Numbered from the stretch's first letter, positions 1 to 15,064 are shown. The stretch: DNA of 63,995 nucleotides from Paraspadella gotoi (GCA_051294375.1 CM119270.1:18139715-18203709), one strand, 5' to 3'. A program made the numbers and translations. The notes: generated by a model not told the origin, from the sequence alone.

Positions 1-1109
1 GGAGAAGAGGGGGAACGAGGACGATGGCGGGCCGGAGAGTCAAGAGAGCGAGCGCGACATGCATGGAATAAAGGAAGGGGAAAAGAATGTGAGAGCCGGT
101 AGGATAGGAGGGGCGGATGAGATGAGAGAGAGAGAGGGGATCCTGGTAGAGGGGGAGGATAGGAGCCCTGAAGACCGAGAGTTGAGAGAGAGAGAGAGAG
201 TGAGAGAGGAGATGAGAGAGAGAGACGAGAGAAGAAGAGAAGAATTAGAAGTAGAGGGAGAGGAACTTAAGATAGTAATTCGTTACCTGGTTTTGCACTC
301 ATTTTTCAACCGTTGAATTTTTATAAATCACAAAAACTACAGGCAAGGATGCCGTTGCTTATTTCCAGTTATATTCTGTTTTTATTTTAGAAGAGAGGAG
401 ATAGGTATTACACCGACGGACCAGAATTAGAGACAGATAATAATGAAATGAAAGAAATTTCAAATAATACGTATAAAATACAAATTAATCAGAAACTCAA
501 TCTTCTGACATTTAAACTTTTTTCCCACAGCGTTAAGCACTAATTTTTCAATTTAAAAGTGAGACGATTTTGATTTCGTGAAAAGAATTGGTTTAAAAAA
601 AACTGACGAAGATCTTTTTGTTTCCGAACCTCAAAGACTAACAGCAAACGCTTGTGAGCGGAATTTACGGAAAGTAGTTGAAAACCAAAAGCAATGTCCA
701 TTGAAATTGAACTTTTGTGAAAAAGTAACCTAGTGGTAAAATAGAACGAGAAATGAAATTTCAGATTCATCGAAATACGAATCGTACCCGTTTTCATTAA
801 AATATCCATTTCTGCCCTCTATAACTCGACTACCACTCCTGTTGAAACAAAAAGAATATTTTACAAAAAATAACCTTGAAAATGTGTTCGAACACGAAGT
901 ACGCGACATTCTGTATTAGGTGGACACCGCAAGAACCCAGGAATCTTAAATTGAAAATGAGATTTGTAATTTTTTTTTCTCGAAGATTTTGGCTTATTTT
1001 ATTCTATACAATCCAATAAGAAATAACTGAAAGGCGGCGTTGCTCTTGCAGTATTTTTAATTTTAAAAACCAAGGTAAAAACAAACAATAACCAGGAGCA
1101 GAATTGTCT

Positions 1110-1335
1110 TCAACATTACAAATTAGGACAACAGTTCTTTGAAACTATACCCACTCATTGATAGGCGAAGCCAGGTACTCTGGGAGTGAAATAAACGAGA
1201 CTGTGAGAGAAGTACTGATTGAACTTGCAGAGACCCTGCTATGTCACTTATCTTGTAAGGAGTGATGGGAGGCCCTTAAACCACAAAAGCCTGTCCAAAG
1301 TCAAATTTTTATATTGGATTGTATCAATTTCACTT
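1110..1335 (+). repeat. Copy of the ~310-bp dispersed repeat
   Basis: CATTGATAGGCGAAGCCAGGTACTCTGGGAGTG...AAAGCCTGTCCAAAGTCA matches 49030-49180. Confidence 0.8.
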
Positions 1336-1466
1336 ACAATTAAAATATTTTTATATGAAAATTGAAGTTTAAACGCAGAAAGTTGGATCAAAACTTAAAA
1401 GATTATATTTACACTCATATATTCTTCTCTTTGTCATTTCCGCTACTATAATGTATCTCTTCTGAG

Positions 1467-1502
<36 letters not shown>

Positions 1503-2940
1503 AGTAACCTACCGAGCTCCTCTCGCGATCTCTGTCTCTACTCTCTCTTCTCTCTCCATATCTTCTCATCTCTTCTCTCGTCGTTCATAAAAGGGAACCC
1601 AATCATTATCTTATCCAAACACAAATATATACGCAGCCGTGATTCTACATCGCCGAGTCTGTGATTCCAGGACAGAGAGAGAGAAGAGAGAGAGAGACCA
1701 GATAGAGGGGAGAGAGAGAGAGTAGAGAGGAGAGATGAGATGACGCAGAGAAAGACCACGACAGAGACGAGAGATACATCCGGCGTCTCTTTGAATTTAG
1801 TGAGCGCGGGAGATGACAACATGACCCTCGGGGCCACTCCGGCGATGGCACTAAGAGAAAAGAGAGAGATAAAGACGAGAGATGAAGGAGAGACGGGACG
1901 ATGAGAGACGAGAGAGAGGGAAGAATTGGAAGAAGACGACGGATGAGGACGAGATTGAGTAGACCTGAGAGAGCTTACAACTCTAAGTGCATGCACGTCT
2001 TAGCAGCGGGTAATGCGGTGTCTGCTAGAAGAGTGGGTCTTGTAATCATTACGCGGTTATGGACCTCATCTTGGGCTGAAAAAAGGAAAAAAATTGGGAA
2101 TAAAAAAACAACTATCTTAAACTCTCTCCTCTCGTCCTCTCTCTTCTCCTGTCTTCTCTCCTCTCTCTCTACCTCTCTCTCTCTCTCTCGTCTCTCTCCT
2201 CTTTCCTTGTTCCTCAACATAGCTTTGCCATCAAGTTAGCCCATCACGTTCGGTTCGACCAGGCAAAGGAGAGGAAGGAGGAAGAGCGTAAGAGGAAGGA
2301 GGCGGGTGGAAAGCATACCGACGGGCAAAGAAGCGCATAGGAGCAGACAGCTTCCGGCCATCAGAAAACGCGCCATCATGGTTGGCAGCCAAAGCCGAAC
2401 ATTCATTCCACATCACGGCCAACCTCTCCTCCTCTCCTCATCTCTCTATCTCTCTCTCTCTCTCTCTCTTCTCTCCTCGTCTCTCTCTCGTCTCTCATCG
2501 ATCTCTTCTCTCTCCTTCGATTCTCTCCAGGGAGTTCTTTCCTACCCGTTCCCCGCTCGTCTCCTTCCTCTCGATTCTCCTCTTCCTTCTTTTCTCACTT
2601 TCTCTCTCTCTCTCACTCCTCGTCTCTCATATTCTCTCCTCGATGCTATTTCCTCTCGTTTCTACTCAATCTGCTCTTCTATTCTCTACTCTCTCTCGTC
2701 TCTCTCTTCCTTATTCCTTTCCCATCCCTCTTCCACCTTCTTTTCGTCTCTGTCTCCCTCTTTCTCTCTCTGTTTTTTTTCTTCCATGCTCTTAATTCCC
2801 TCTCATTCCTACTGGTTGCTTTCATCGACGACGAAAGAAATTCTGCTCCCGACACTTTTTACCTTTCGGCCGCCAAAAATTTTTTGGGCTTCATACATTC
2901 TCCATCTCTCTTCTCCTCTCCAACCTCTTCTCTGTCTCCT

Positions 2941-2972
<32 letters not shown>

Positions 2973-3219
2973 CTCTTCCTCTCTCTCTCTCTCAGGGAAA
3001 AAACGGTGTGAGAGAGAGGAGAGCGAAGCAGAATAATCAGAAGACGAAATCATAAAAATGAAAAAAGTTTAAAAAAAAAAAAATCCGTCGAAGAAGATTT
3101 TTCTCCCGGCGTCCCTGCCCTTGGAAGGATTAATCTCGAAAAGAAAAAACAGAAAACGAGCGACGAAACTGTTTTGTTTTTTTGTTTTTTTTCCTTTTTC
3201 AATCTTCTCATCTGTAGTT

Positions 3220-3352
3220 TATCTTTTTTCATTCTTATCTTTCTTTTCTTATCTTTCTCTTCTTATCTTTCTTTTCTTATCTTTCTCTTCTTATCTTTCT
3301 TTTCTTATCTTTCTCTTCTTATCTTTCTTTTCTTATCTTTCTCTTCTTATCT
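3220..3352. repeat. 14-bp tandem repeat (TTATCTTTCTYTTC)
   Basis: Direct periodicity visible in the sequence. Confidence 0.85.
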
Positions 3353-4409
3353 CCTTTCCTTTCTTCCTTTCTCAACTTGTTTCTCTCCCAAATATAGTAA
3401 TAACTTTTCCTAGTCATTGTCAATTTTATTCTATTCTACCATTTTATGATACCTTACCGCATTTTTTTTTCTCCTTCGACCGCAATTTTTAAGTCACTTA
3501 CTGTATTTTCTTTCTATCTTTCTTCGTATGAGACGGACTCCGCTGTATCTGTCTTCTCTCTCGTTGTATCGACGAAAAAATTCCACCGACAAAAAAACAA
3601 CAAAATATTTACGTCGCCGACGGAGAATATTCGCCATTTTTCGCTCTACGGATATTTACTTCTTTTTTTTCCTAAACTTTGATAAAAACATAAATAAAAT
3701 AAAACTACAACAACAACAACAACAATAACAACAACAAAATAAAAAAATACTTGACTAAATTCTACGAATCGTAAGTTTCAAAAAAAAATTCGTCTTTTTT
3801 TTTCAGTTTCTGAAAAAAAAATTATTAATTAGTTTTTCGGTGACAACGTTTTTTTATGTTTCGTTTTTGAATATGAAGANNNNNNNNNNNNNNNNNNNNN
3901 NNNNNNNNNNNNNNNNNNNNNNNNNNNNNNNNNNNNNNNNNNNNNNNNNNNNNNNNNNNNNNNNNNNNNNNNNNNNNNNNNNNNNNNNNNNNNNNNNNNN
4001 NNNNNNNNNNNNNNNNNNNNNNNNNNNNNNNNNNNNNNNNNNNNNNNNNNNNNNNNNNNNNNNNNNNNNNNNNNNNNNNNNNNNNNNNNNNNNNNNNNNN
4101 NNNNGGTGGTGGCACGCATTGGGGTGGAAAAAAAAAGAAGGTTAAGGGGGTTGGAAAATACGTGAGGAGAAGAGGGTAGAAAATAAGGGTTTGAAAAAAG
4201 ATCGGAGGTAGGAGAAAGATCGTCAATATGTCAATTGACACGTTTTTTTAAAAAAAGACTAACATCAATTGTTAAATCCGCGCGGTCGGGAGTGATACGA
4301 GGTTACGGGTGGCAATTTTAGGGTGCGCAAAAGAAACCTAATGAGTTCTCCCGCCTTCTTTCTCCCGGGTGATACGAAAAATACTAGGCTTCGGTCAACC
4401 ACACCACCT

Positions 4410-4489
<80 letters not shown>

Positions 4490-4514
4490 GTTCTCTCTCT
4501 CATCTCTCCTCAAC

Positions 4515-4936
4515 TCTGCATTTTTTTTCGATAAAGTGGGCAAACCCTCGGCCAATATTTGGGTGTCCGCTCGCCGTTTCCGTGGTCAGCTTTCCGGTGA
4601 TGATCTGCAGTGCAAGGTTGAATTGTCACGGATGAGAAAGATGAAGGGGTGACGCGACAGACGACGGCGACGGACGACGACGCGACGACGACGCTGAGAG
4701 AGGACGGTTCTTTGCGGTTTGTTTCTTCTTCCGGGAGAGAAAACTTAATGTGCTGTATAAAAAACTAATGAGGGAGGGAAGAAGAGAGAGAAGAGGGTAG
4801 CAGAGAGCAGGAGAGGAGACGAAGGCGAGGGGCGGAAGGCGGATAGGGAGGGGGGAAGAAGAGGAAGAGAGAGAGAAAGAGAGAGAGAAAATGTAGAGAG
4901 AGAGGGGAAAAACCTGCAAATTTAAAGGGCAAACGT

Positions 4937-4977
<41 letters not shown>

Positions 4978-4986
4978 TTTTTTTTT

Positions 4987-5043
<57 letters not shown>

Positions 5044-6092
5044 AGCAAGGTTGGCTGGGCAATANNNNNNNNNNNNNNNNNNNNNNNNNTCTTTGCCCGG
5101 GGATAAAGAAACAAGCATGCCCCAGCGATGACCGACAATGAATAAGAATCAAAGTGAAAGGATGAATGTGGATGAATACGGACGAGGTTCGATGAATAAA
5201 AATGAAGAAAAGAGGAAAGAGCGAATAAACGTGGAAGACGATCGCGATATAAAGATAAATTAACTAATATCATATGTAATTAATAAAGAGTATGAACGAA
5301 AATTGATAATACGTAAATATCCTGAGGAAATAAAAATGATCGGTCGACGGAAAAGTCGTATTTTCTTCTGATTGGCTGATGACCTTGTGAATAACGTGAG
5401 AAGCAAATGTTCGCCATTGTGTCGTCAGTCGTGGGAACGAGGACGACTGTGAATGACTGTGAGAGACTGTGAGAGAGACAGAGGAATATTGATATTCGCT
5501 GTGAAAAAACGGTTATTTTTATAGTAATTGTAATTTACGTAGCTCTTGATATTGAAGCCGGGTTGAGTTGTGATAAATGTAGCAGAATAATTTGTGGTTC
5601 ATTTTAACTGAGATTGAGTTCTTCAATCTCATTTACATATTGTAGCGGCTTAGATCATTTCTCATATCTTTTGATACAGTTTTCATAGTAGTTTTCATGC
5701 CCCTCCGTTAGATAAACAGAAATGTTGTATATAAAAAAAAACTGTTAATATCGCAAATGTCAAGGGCACCGTCATTATGAGTGTATTTAAAAAAATGTTC
5801 TTGTGAATGTTTATAATTGCTAATTAATTAAAAGATCGAGAAGCTCGTTAAAAAAATCATCTATCTATCTAACTATCTATCTATCTATTATCTATTATCT
5901 ATCAAAATAGTAGATAACAGTAAAAGACCTAAAGTGTCTTTTGTTTTTGTTTTTGTTTTTTTTCTTTTTTCTGTTTCATGTTTCGTCAGACTCTATTACA
6001 GCGCTAATGACTTTTTTAAATCCTCTTTATTATTTTTCTTGGCGGCATGAAACGTCAGTGCCTCAGTCCGTCGGTCCGTCTGTCCGCCTGTC

Positions 6093-6131
<39 letters not shown>

Positions 6132-7200
6132 CTCTCTCTCAACACACCACACACATACTCGTCACGCCATATTGGCCATAACTCCGAAACCATTTTTTTA
6201 TAATTTAAATAATGGTGCTTCGCGCGTTAATTTACGAATATAAAAAAAGAAAGGCCGTACGATTAAATTATCGACGGTTCGCTGAGCTCGCGATTTTAAA
6301 CACAATAAATTGCGCGCGTGATGATTCGTCCTGGGCGGTTGTACGTTCAATTTAATAAATATGTTATGAAATCTTACCTATTCGATTAGTTCATTTATAA
6401 CGTAACAATTGGCTTAAAAGCTATGTACGAAAACAATTCAAAAATTGATTGACAAAGCACACCAAAATAAATGTACGCTTTTATAATTCGAAAATATAAA
6501 AAAAGGAATAATATAAGAAAAGTGGTTAGCCTATTTGATCATGCCATGCCGTGCCATGCTTCACCCTTACGAAGCCCAAGAAATTTCCATGAGTTTCCAT
6601 CTCTGCACTCATCGTGCGGCTTCATACGAGAGGAACTCGGGCTACGAAATTTTCACGACGCAACGACTTTGGCTTCATATTCGTTCATCGTCCATTCATT
6701 CTTCGTTCATCGATAATTAAATCTTTGTTCATCTATCATTCATTCATGGTTAATCTTTGTTCATCGTTCATTCATCCTTCGTCCATTTTCGTTCATCGAT
6801 CATTCATTCTTCGTTAATCTTTGTTCATCGATCATTCATCCTTCGTCCATATTCGTTCATCGATAATTAAATCTTTGTTCATCTATCATTCATCTTCGTT
6901 CATAAATAATTCATCTTCGTTCATAAATCATTCATCATCGTTCATCGTTTTCTCTCGCACCAAAATTTTTTCCCTCTCAACTTTCTGGCTTCTAGTTCGG
7001 CTTCCNNNNNNNNNNNNNNNNNNNNNNNNNNNNNNNNNNNNNNNNNNNNNNNNNNNNNNNNNNNNNNNNNNNNNNNNNNNNNNNNNNNNNNNNNNNNNNN
7101 NNNNNNNNNNNNNNNNNNNNNNNNNNNNNNNNNNNNNNNNNNNNNNNNNNNNNNNNNNNNNNNNNNNNNNNNNNNNNNNNNNNNNNNNNNNNNNCCTCTG

Positions 7201-7231
<31 letters not shown>

Positions 7232-7503
7232 ACTCGTACCTTTTTTTTCACATAAAGTGGGCAAACCCTGGCCAATTTTGGGTGTCCACTCCCGTTTCCG
7301 TGGTCAGCTTCGGTATGATTGGCAGGTGAGTTGATTGGTCACGATGAGAAAGTGAAGGGGGTGACGACGACGACGAACGACGACGACGACGACGACGACG
7401 GTTTTTGTTTTCTTCTTCCGAGAGGAAATTAATGTCTGTATAAAAAAACTAAAATGAGGGGAGAGATGAGAGAGAGAGAGAGAGAGAAGAGAGAGACGAG
7501 AAC

Positions 7504-7535
<32 letters not shown>

Positions 7536-7590
7536 GAGAGAGAGGAAACTGCAAATTAAGGCAAACGTCTTTTTTTTTTGCAGCAAAGTT
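4515..7590 (+). repeat. Direct duplication of a ~400-bp segment (4515-4940 vs 7240-7590)
   Basis: Both copies read ATAAAGTGGGCAAACCCT...CCGTTTCCGTGGTCAGCTT...GACGACGA...GGCAAACGTC-polyT-GCAGCAA. Confidence 0.85.
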
Positions 7591-7711
7591 GCTGCATCAA
7601 CAGTTTCCGGTGGGCAGGTGATTTTATTACTTTTCACCTTTTTGTTTAGAGCGTCCGTTCAGCGGCCTGTTTATGTTTTCTAATTCTAGATTCATCAGGT
7701 AAGTTTTTTAT

Positions 7712-7743
<32 letters not shown>

Positions 7744-8739
7744 AGAGAGAAGAGAGAGAGAAGAGAGAGAGAGAGGAGCAGAGAGAGAGAGAGAAAGATG
7801 AGAGAGAGAGGGTGGGGGAGGGAAGGAGAGATGATATCGAAAGAAATAGAGAGAGAGAGAGGCAAACTCGCTGATTTCCCTGCAAAGTTATCACCCCACT
7901 AGATTTTTTACCTTGTTAATTATTTTTTTCCTTCATTTTTTTTTCGTTCATCATCGTTCTCCGCCCACCTCACGCCCCCCACGCCCCCCACCCCCCCCCG
8001 CAACCGGAACAATCGATTTCAACTCTAAATTCGATTTTTCTTTTTTTCGCGTGTGATGGGTTGGCGTTGCGTGCCGCGTACGTGCGCAAAAAAAAAAGCA
8101 TAGTGGCTTAAATTCATCGTTAGTGCACGTGATTAGGGCGTTAGAAGCGCTGCGTGTGATTGCGGCGTTTAAGTGTGAATTTCTCTCCCACGAATTCTAA
8201 TACTATATACTATATATATACTATATATACTATATTCTAATACCCAGGTGACCGGCTGGCTCATTGCATAAAGCTCGTCACTGTCAGACCTCAGGTTCTA
8301 TCCTAAACTGCAACCTCACATACAGGAGCTATGACTATGTGGACTACTGGAAACAAAACCCAGAAGCCTGGTTCCGTGCACCGGACCTCGGATGCTGGAG
8401 TGGCTTAATTCTTGCACACTACACAATACACATATATGAATCAAAAATTACTTTTTTTATTTTCCTCGATTTCATTCCTTACCTATTCCTTACTTACCAC
8501 CTGCTTCAGCGCGCAGCCACATAACAACTTTCACAGTCACCCTGTCATCACTCACAACTCCTTTCTCCATTCACCGGCGCCACCTCCTCCAGCACAACGA
8601 GGAAAACGCTTCTCTTTCCCGCCTTCAACTTTGACCCTCGAATCGGAGCCTCCCGCTGATTTAACCCAACCCTTTAATTTTATTGTCAACGAAGTTTTCC
8701 GATTTTTTTTTCATTTTTTTCTTTATTCGCTTTCATTTC

Positions 8740-9560
8740 TTCCTTCCTTTACACTTCTTTCCTCGCTTTCCTTTCTTCCTTCCTTTACTCCTTTTCTCTC
8801 TCTCTTTCCTTTCTTCCTTCCTTTACTCCTTTTCTCTTTCTCTTTCCATTCTTCCTTCCTTTACACTTCTTTCCTCGCTTTCCTTCTTCCTTTACTGCTT
8901 CTTTCTTCATCATCTCTTTTTCTTCCTTTAACTCCATCCATCTCTTTCCTCTTTCCTTTCCTCACTTTCTACATGTCTTCCTTCTTCCTTCCCTACTCCT
9001 TCTCTCTCTTTCTTCTTTCTTCTACTGTTCTCTTTCTTCCTTTTGACTTTCCTTCTCCTTACTTAGCCTCACTTTTACCTCCTTGCCTTTTCCTCCTCAT
9101 TACACCTGCCTCCGCTTTTCTTCTCCTTCACTTACTCCTTTTTTACTCATCGCTCTTATCCTTCTTCTATCCTTTACTCCTTTCTCTCTCTCCTTTTCTT
9201 CTTCCTCCTTTACACTTCTTCCTCGCTCCTTTCATTCCTTCCTTTACTCCTTTCTCCTCTCTTTCTTCTTCCTTCTCTATACACTTCTTTCCTCGCTTCC
9301 TTTTTCTTTCCTTTACTCCTTTCCTCTTTCTCTTTTCCTTTCTTCTTCCTTTACACTTCTTCCGTGCTTTTCTTTTTTCCTTCTTTACTCCTTTTCTCTC
9401 CTCTTTCCTCTTCTTTTACCATATTTCCTCGGCTCCTTTCTGCCTTCCTGTACTTCTTTTCTCTCTCTCTTTCCTTTCTCCTTCTTTACACTTCTTTCCT
9501 CTTTCCTCTCTTTCCTCTCTTTCTTCGTTACTCCTCTTGTCTCTTTTCCTCTCTATACAT
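8740..9560. repeat. Degenerate pyrimidine-rich repeat / low complexity
   Basis: CCTTTACACTTCTTTCCTCGC and CCTTTACTCCTTT motifs recur within a C/T tract. Confidence 0.75.
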
Positions 9561-9869
9561 CTTTTTAATCCTTCCTCCCTTATTACTCCCCACCGGATTG
9601 TATTAAATAGCGTCAGCAAGAGAGTTCACGAGAGAGAGAGAGAGACGAGAGAGAGAGAGAAGATAGAGAGAGAGAGAGTGAGAGAGAGAGAAGAGAAAGA
9701 GAAGAGAGAGAGAGAGAGAGAAGAGACGGAAGAGAGAGAGAGAGAAGAGAGAGAGAAGAGAGAGATGACTATAAGAATCGCTCCAGTTTCCGCTACGGTT
9801 TTTATTAGTCTTTCAGCTTCAATTGTTTCTTCAGCAAATCAAAAGTATTTTTTCCCAAAAGAATAATGA

Positions 9870-10300
9870 AATTGGTACACAACAACAATAAAAAATTATC
9901 CATTCATTTAATAAATAAGCTATCTTGCCCCGACTTGGACAGGCTTGGTGTTTAAGCCGCCATCACTCTGACAAATAACAACATAGCAGTCCCTGCAAGT
10001 TTTCAATCAAGACTCTGTCACAGTCTCGTTTATTCACTGTCCCAGATACTCGGCTTCCCCTATCAATGAAGTGGGAAATATTTCAAGAATTTTCAATTGT
10101 ATGAAAAGACCACTCCCTAAAGTATTTAGATCGGGAATACTTATTGTACTCCGCATCAGCCACATCAAAAATACAAGGAGCTGAATTTTATAAATTGGAC
10201 AAGACCAATATAAAAAATCCTATCATTTAATAAATAAGCATCTTCCCTGACCTTTGGACAACTTTGGTGTTTAAGACCTTCATCCATCACCTTAACAAGA
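9870..10300 (-). repeat. Inverted copy (about 1.4 units) of the ~310-bp dispersed repeat
   Basis: ATTATCCATTCATTTAATAAATAAGC...TTGGACAGGCTTGGTGTTTAAG... is the reverse complement of the 48.8-49.25 kb sequence and occurs twice in tandem. Confidence 0.8.
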
Positions 10301-11604
10301 AAGGAATACGCAAGTATCCTCAAATATTTCAAAATGTTAAAGATGCGTCTTTTGTTTTTTCTCTCATTTTCGTTCCCAATATTTCCGCTAGACGTCCTTT
10401 TAAATCTGTCCGCTTCTCGTCCGCTTTTCAGCTTTCGTTTCGATTCTTTTTTTTCCGCTCCTCGTCTTCTTTCCTCGACTCCCCTGCCCCCAATCGCCGC
10501 AACTCCTGCTCCTCNNNNNNNNNNNNNNNNNNNNNNNNNNNNNNNNNNNNNNNNNNNNNNNNNNNNNNNNNNNNNNNNNNNNNNNNNNNNNNNNNNNNNN
10601 NNNNNNNNNNNNNNNNNNNNNNNNNNNNNNNNNNNNNNNNNNNNNNNNNNNNNNNNNNNNNNNNNNNNNNNNNNNNNNNNNNNNNNNNNNNNNNNNGAGA
10701 GAGAGAGAACACAAAAGAACAAGGGGACAAAGAGAGACTTTTACAGCGGAGGACGTGATGGCCAAGTTGCGAATAGAAAAGAGAAAAAAAAACAAAGTAC
10801 ACAACTACGGAGACGACGACGACGACGACGNNNNNNNNNNNNNNNNNNNNNNNNNNNNNNNNNNNNNNNNNNNNNNNNNNNNNNNNNNNNNNNNNNNNNN
10901 NNNNNNNNNNNNNNNNNNNNNNNNNNNNNNNNNNNNNNNNNNNNNNNNNNNNNNNNNNNNNNNNNNNNNNNNNNNNNNNNNNNNNNNNNNNNNNNNNNNN
11001 NNNNNNNNNNNNNNNNNNNNNNNNNNNNNNNNNNNNNNNNNNNNNNNNNNNNNNNNNNNNNNNNNNNNNNNNNNNNNNNNNNNNNNNNNNNNNNNNNNNN
11101 NNNNNNNNNNNNNNNCGACGACGACGACGACAACGACGACGACGCAATAAAGTTGTTAGAAACCGGAAGTGGAAAACAGGGACAAGTGGAAGCGTGAACC
11201 AGGACGACAGAGNNNNNNNNNNNNNNNNNNNNNNNNNNNNNNNNNNNNNNNNNNNNNNNNNNNNNNNNNNNNNNNNNNNNNNNNNNNNNNNNNNNNNNNN
11301 NNNNNNNNNNNNNNNNNNNNNNNNNNNNNNNNNNNNNNNNNNNNNNNNNNNNNNNNNNNNNNNNNNNNNNNNNNNNNNNNNNNNNNNNNNNNNNNNNNNN
11401 NNNNNNNNNNNNNNNNNNNNNNNNNNNNNTTATGTACATATTTTTTTTTCTCAAAAAAAAAGACCAACGCCGAATCAACGTCTCCGGTCGTTGTGGCCAG
11501 CGACCCCACGCGGGCGTCCACGGAGACGGCGTCTCGCGGCGTCACGTGGCGTAGAGAAAGACGATCGACGACGGCGACATCTGGGAGAAAGAGATTTCTC
11601 TTCG

Positions 11605-11670
<66 letters not shown>

Positions 11671-11997
11671 GCTCTTCTCTTCTAAGTCTCTCTCTCTCTT
11701 GTTTTGGATTTTCTTTCGGAGCGAGGAAACTCCAGCGACCTCTGCCCTCCACATAAATGCGAGCAGCAGAGAGAGAGAGAGAGAGGAAAGAGGGCAGACG
11801 AGAGAGAGAGAGATGATGATATGAGGAGACGCAAGAGGAGAAGAGAGAGAGAGAGAGAGATACCAAGGCCCCCTTATCCGCGCTGACTGATGACGCATTG
11901 GATTTCATGGTAGGGATCAGAGCGATTTCGCTGGAGGATCGAGTGGAAGAGAGAGAGAGGAGAAGAGAAGAGAGGAGAGAGAGGATAGAGACGAGAG

Positions 11998-12039
<42 letters not shown>

Positions 12040-12269
12040 ACACCATTTTCAAGTCGCTGATAAAAAATGCTTCTCGCTTCCAAGTCGGCGATAAGAGACG
12101 AAATATGACTCTCTCTCCATTTCTCTCTCTTTACGTCTCCCTCTCTCTCTCCCTCTTTCCTTGTCTCCTTCTCTATCTCTTCATCACCTCATTTGTCTCT
12201 CGTCACCATAACCATTCCCATGGTGTTCGACAACAACAACAACAAAGACTTCCGTCAAAGACGTCGAGG

Positions 12270-12820
12270 TGAATGAATAAAGGAATGAATGAAAGAATGA
12301 ATGAATGAATGTATAAAACAATAAATGAATGAATGAATTAATGAATGAATGAATGAATGAATGAATTGAAATGAATGATGAATGAATGAATAAAGATATA
12401 AGAATGAATATGAATGTATAAAAAATGAAGTTAAATGAATGGAATGATGCAATGAATGAATGATGAATGAATGAATGAAAAGATGAATGAAATAAAGAAT
12501 GAATGAATGAATGAATGAATGAATGAAAAAATGAATGAAAGAGAGTGAATGAATAATGAGAATAAATAAATTAATGAATGAAAATAAAGGAATGAAATAA
12601 ATGAATGAATGAATGAATGAATGAATGAATATATGAAAGAATTAATAAATAAATGAATGAAACAATGAATAATTGAATGAAACAATGAATAATTGAATGA
12701 AAAAATGAATGAATGTTATAATTAATGAATGAATGAATGAATGAATGAATGAATGAANNNNNNNNNNNNNNNNNNNNNNNNTGAATGAATAAAAAAATAA
12801 ATGGATGAACGATGAAATTC
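12270..12820. repeat. Degenerate (GAAT)n microsatellite
   Basis: Long GAATGAAT tract spanning a short N-gap. Confidence 0.95.
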
Positions 12821-15064
12821 ATCCTACCATCTGCTAGCGATAATGCTCATTTTTTTAGATAACGATTACAATAACAACAACGACAACCCATTGTCGCGCA
12901 GATAACGTTTTACTTAAGGATTATCTTCGCCTCGATGACGACAACAACAACAACAACAATGATCTTTCCTCCGTCTCAATCATCTCTCTCTCTCTCTCCC
13001 CCTCTCCCTCTCCCTCTCCCTCTCCCTCCCTCCCTTCCCCTCCCCGCCGCCATAAGCTCCTTCCGGATACAAGATGCGGAGAGGGAAGCATCTCTGGTTT
13101 TCCCCTGGGGCGTTGAGAGGCATATTAATGACGACAAATTCTTTTGCGCCAGATTGTGACGGCTTAACTTTCTCTGTCTCTCTCTCTCTCTGTCTCTCTT
13201 TCTATCTCTTTCTCTCTCTAACTCTCTCAGTTTCCCTCTTCTCTCTCTTATTTTTATTACTTTCCTAATTTTTCGTTTAACCTGTACCTCGGTTTTCAGT
13301 CTCTTTCTCACTCTATTCCTATTTATTTTCTTTCTTTTTTTTTAATGAGGATCGAAGATCGTTCCTTTTAGGAAATATTCTTTTTTTTCTATCTTCAACG
13401 CTTCCGAAATTGTTTTTATAAAAAAATTCAAGATATTTCGATATGGCTTAAAAAACTCATTAAAGAATTTTGACCAAAATTTCCTTTTGAAAAAAAAATA
13501 ATCATAATAATAATCAATTGCGCCAAATGAGAATTTTTTTTTTTTTTTTAGTTTAAAATTTTTTTCGTTTTTCTCTTTTTGTGACGAAAAACGAAACAAA
13601 AAAAACAAAATGGCGACCGCGAATAAAAATGGCCGCCGCCAGGGGGGACGCGTCGCGGAGAAGGCGCGGAGTTTGGGTGAAACTTAAACCGTAATTTACG
13701 AGAAACATAAAATTAAACTCCGACGTAACGAGCGACGTGAAAACTCAACTCGATGTGAGACTCGAGACGCTGCGTGAATCGTATCACTTATATCCGTGAA
13801 AGAAGAATATTGTTTTCTGTGAATAAAAAAAAAGAGGAAGGAAAAAATCTAATTCTTAGAAAAATAAGATCTGACAACCTTATAAAAGATTAATACATAA
13901 ATTAATAATTATTCGCATTTAAAAAAAATATTTGTCATTACTCCTAACCCGATCTATCTCTTTCTCCGTCTATCTCTCTCTCACTCTCTTTCTCCCTCTC
14001 CCTGATTCTCCCTCATTCTCCAACGACCAGAGACCGGATGCAAACGGAAGAGCCCAGCGTTGACTATAAAGGAATAATGGAGTGTTAAAGCAAAACAATA
14101 CATTTGAAAAAATGTTTGACTCATTAACCACCAATGCCACGCTGGTCAGTTTCTCTCTCTCTCTCTCTCTCTCTCTTTTTCTCTCTTTCTCTCTTTCTAT
14201 CTGTGTCAACTCACACTCCTTTTACAATCAAGTCAGCAATCTACTAAACCAAAGGACGAAGCATGATTGAAGAGCAGCTCCAGTTCTCGCAACCATGGAA
14301 ACCCTCTCTCTTTCTCCCTCTCTAAAAAAGATTTGTTTAGGTCAAAATTGATAGCATTTTGTCCAGTTTTTATTTCATTTCATATCTTTATTGGCATAAA
14401 ATATCATATCAATAATCACTAGATTAAGTGATCAAAGAAAACATGAGCATAATTAAAGTTATTAAAAAAAATCATGGGTCGTTTGTCACAAATATTTAAA
14501 AATAAGTTTGAGCAAAACGACGCATTTGGGCCTTTAGTGGTAATCAGCGAATCAGATGTCAAGTTATGATTCATCTTGCAATCTCTCTTTCATTTAATAA
14601 AATTCCCCAACAATATATAAAATTTTTATTTTTCTTATTTGGTATTTGTTTTAATCCTGGTGATAATGCAGTTTATGGTCGTTATGGTTTTTATGGTATT
14701 TTTCGTCGAGGTTATAGTGTTTGATATAATTATAGTGTTTGTTATAATTGTATTTGTTGTTACAACCTGCAGTTACATTTCATATAAATGGAAAAAAAAA
14801 TCAGCAAATAAAAACCACAAAACTATCACTTTTCAGGTAGATGCTAACAATTACATCAAAAATTAAAAAATAACCACATTTTGACATTTTGAAATTAAGC
14901 AATAAACAATTATAGTATGTAAAGAAGATTCCTTGATGGTATGTTGTTCATAATTGACTTTTAGAATTTTGCGAACGTAACTTTCACTACTACAGATAAC
15001 CTTTTTCATTTTAACCAAAAAACATTTATACCAAGTGTAAGTACTAAAAATATACAGATAGTCA

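Noticed and set aside
4938-5041. ~100-nt poly(T) as a retrocopy poly(A) tail
   Set aside because: The duplicate copy at ~7570 has only ~10 T in the same context and a gap is adjacent, so it is likely a homopolymer artefact. No retrogene or TSD is seen.
7666-7699. Hammerhead-like CCTGATGAATCTAGAATTAGAAAAC on the minus strand
   Set aside because: It lacks a proper GAAAC...UH helix III and cleavage triplet; at best a decayed or chance match.
8412-9866. 484-aa ORF
   Set aside because: Translation of a C/T-rich tract plus (AG)n; F/L/S/P low complexity, open only because pyrimidine tracts lack stop codons.
13606-13640. Two YY1-like AAAATGGC motifs
   Set aside because: Short motifs with no associated gene or exon identifiable; insufficient support.
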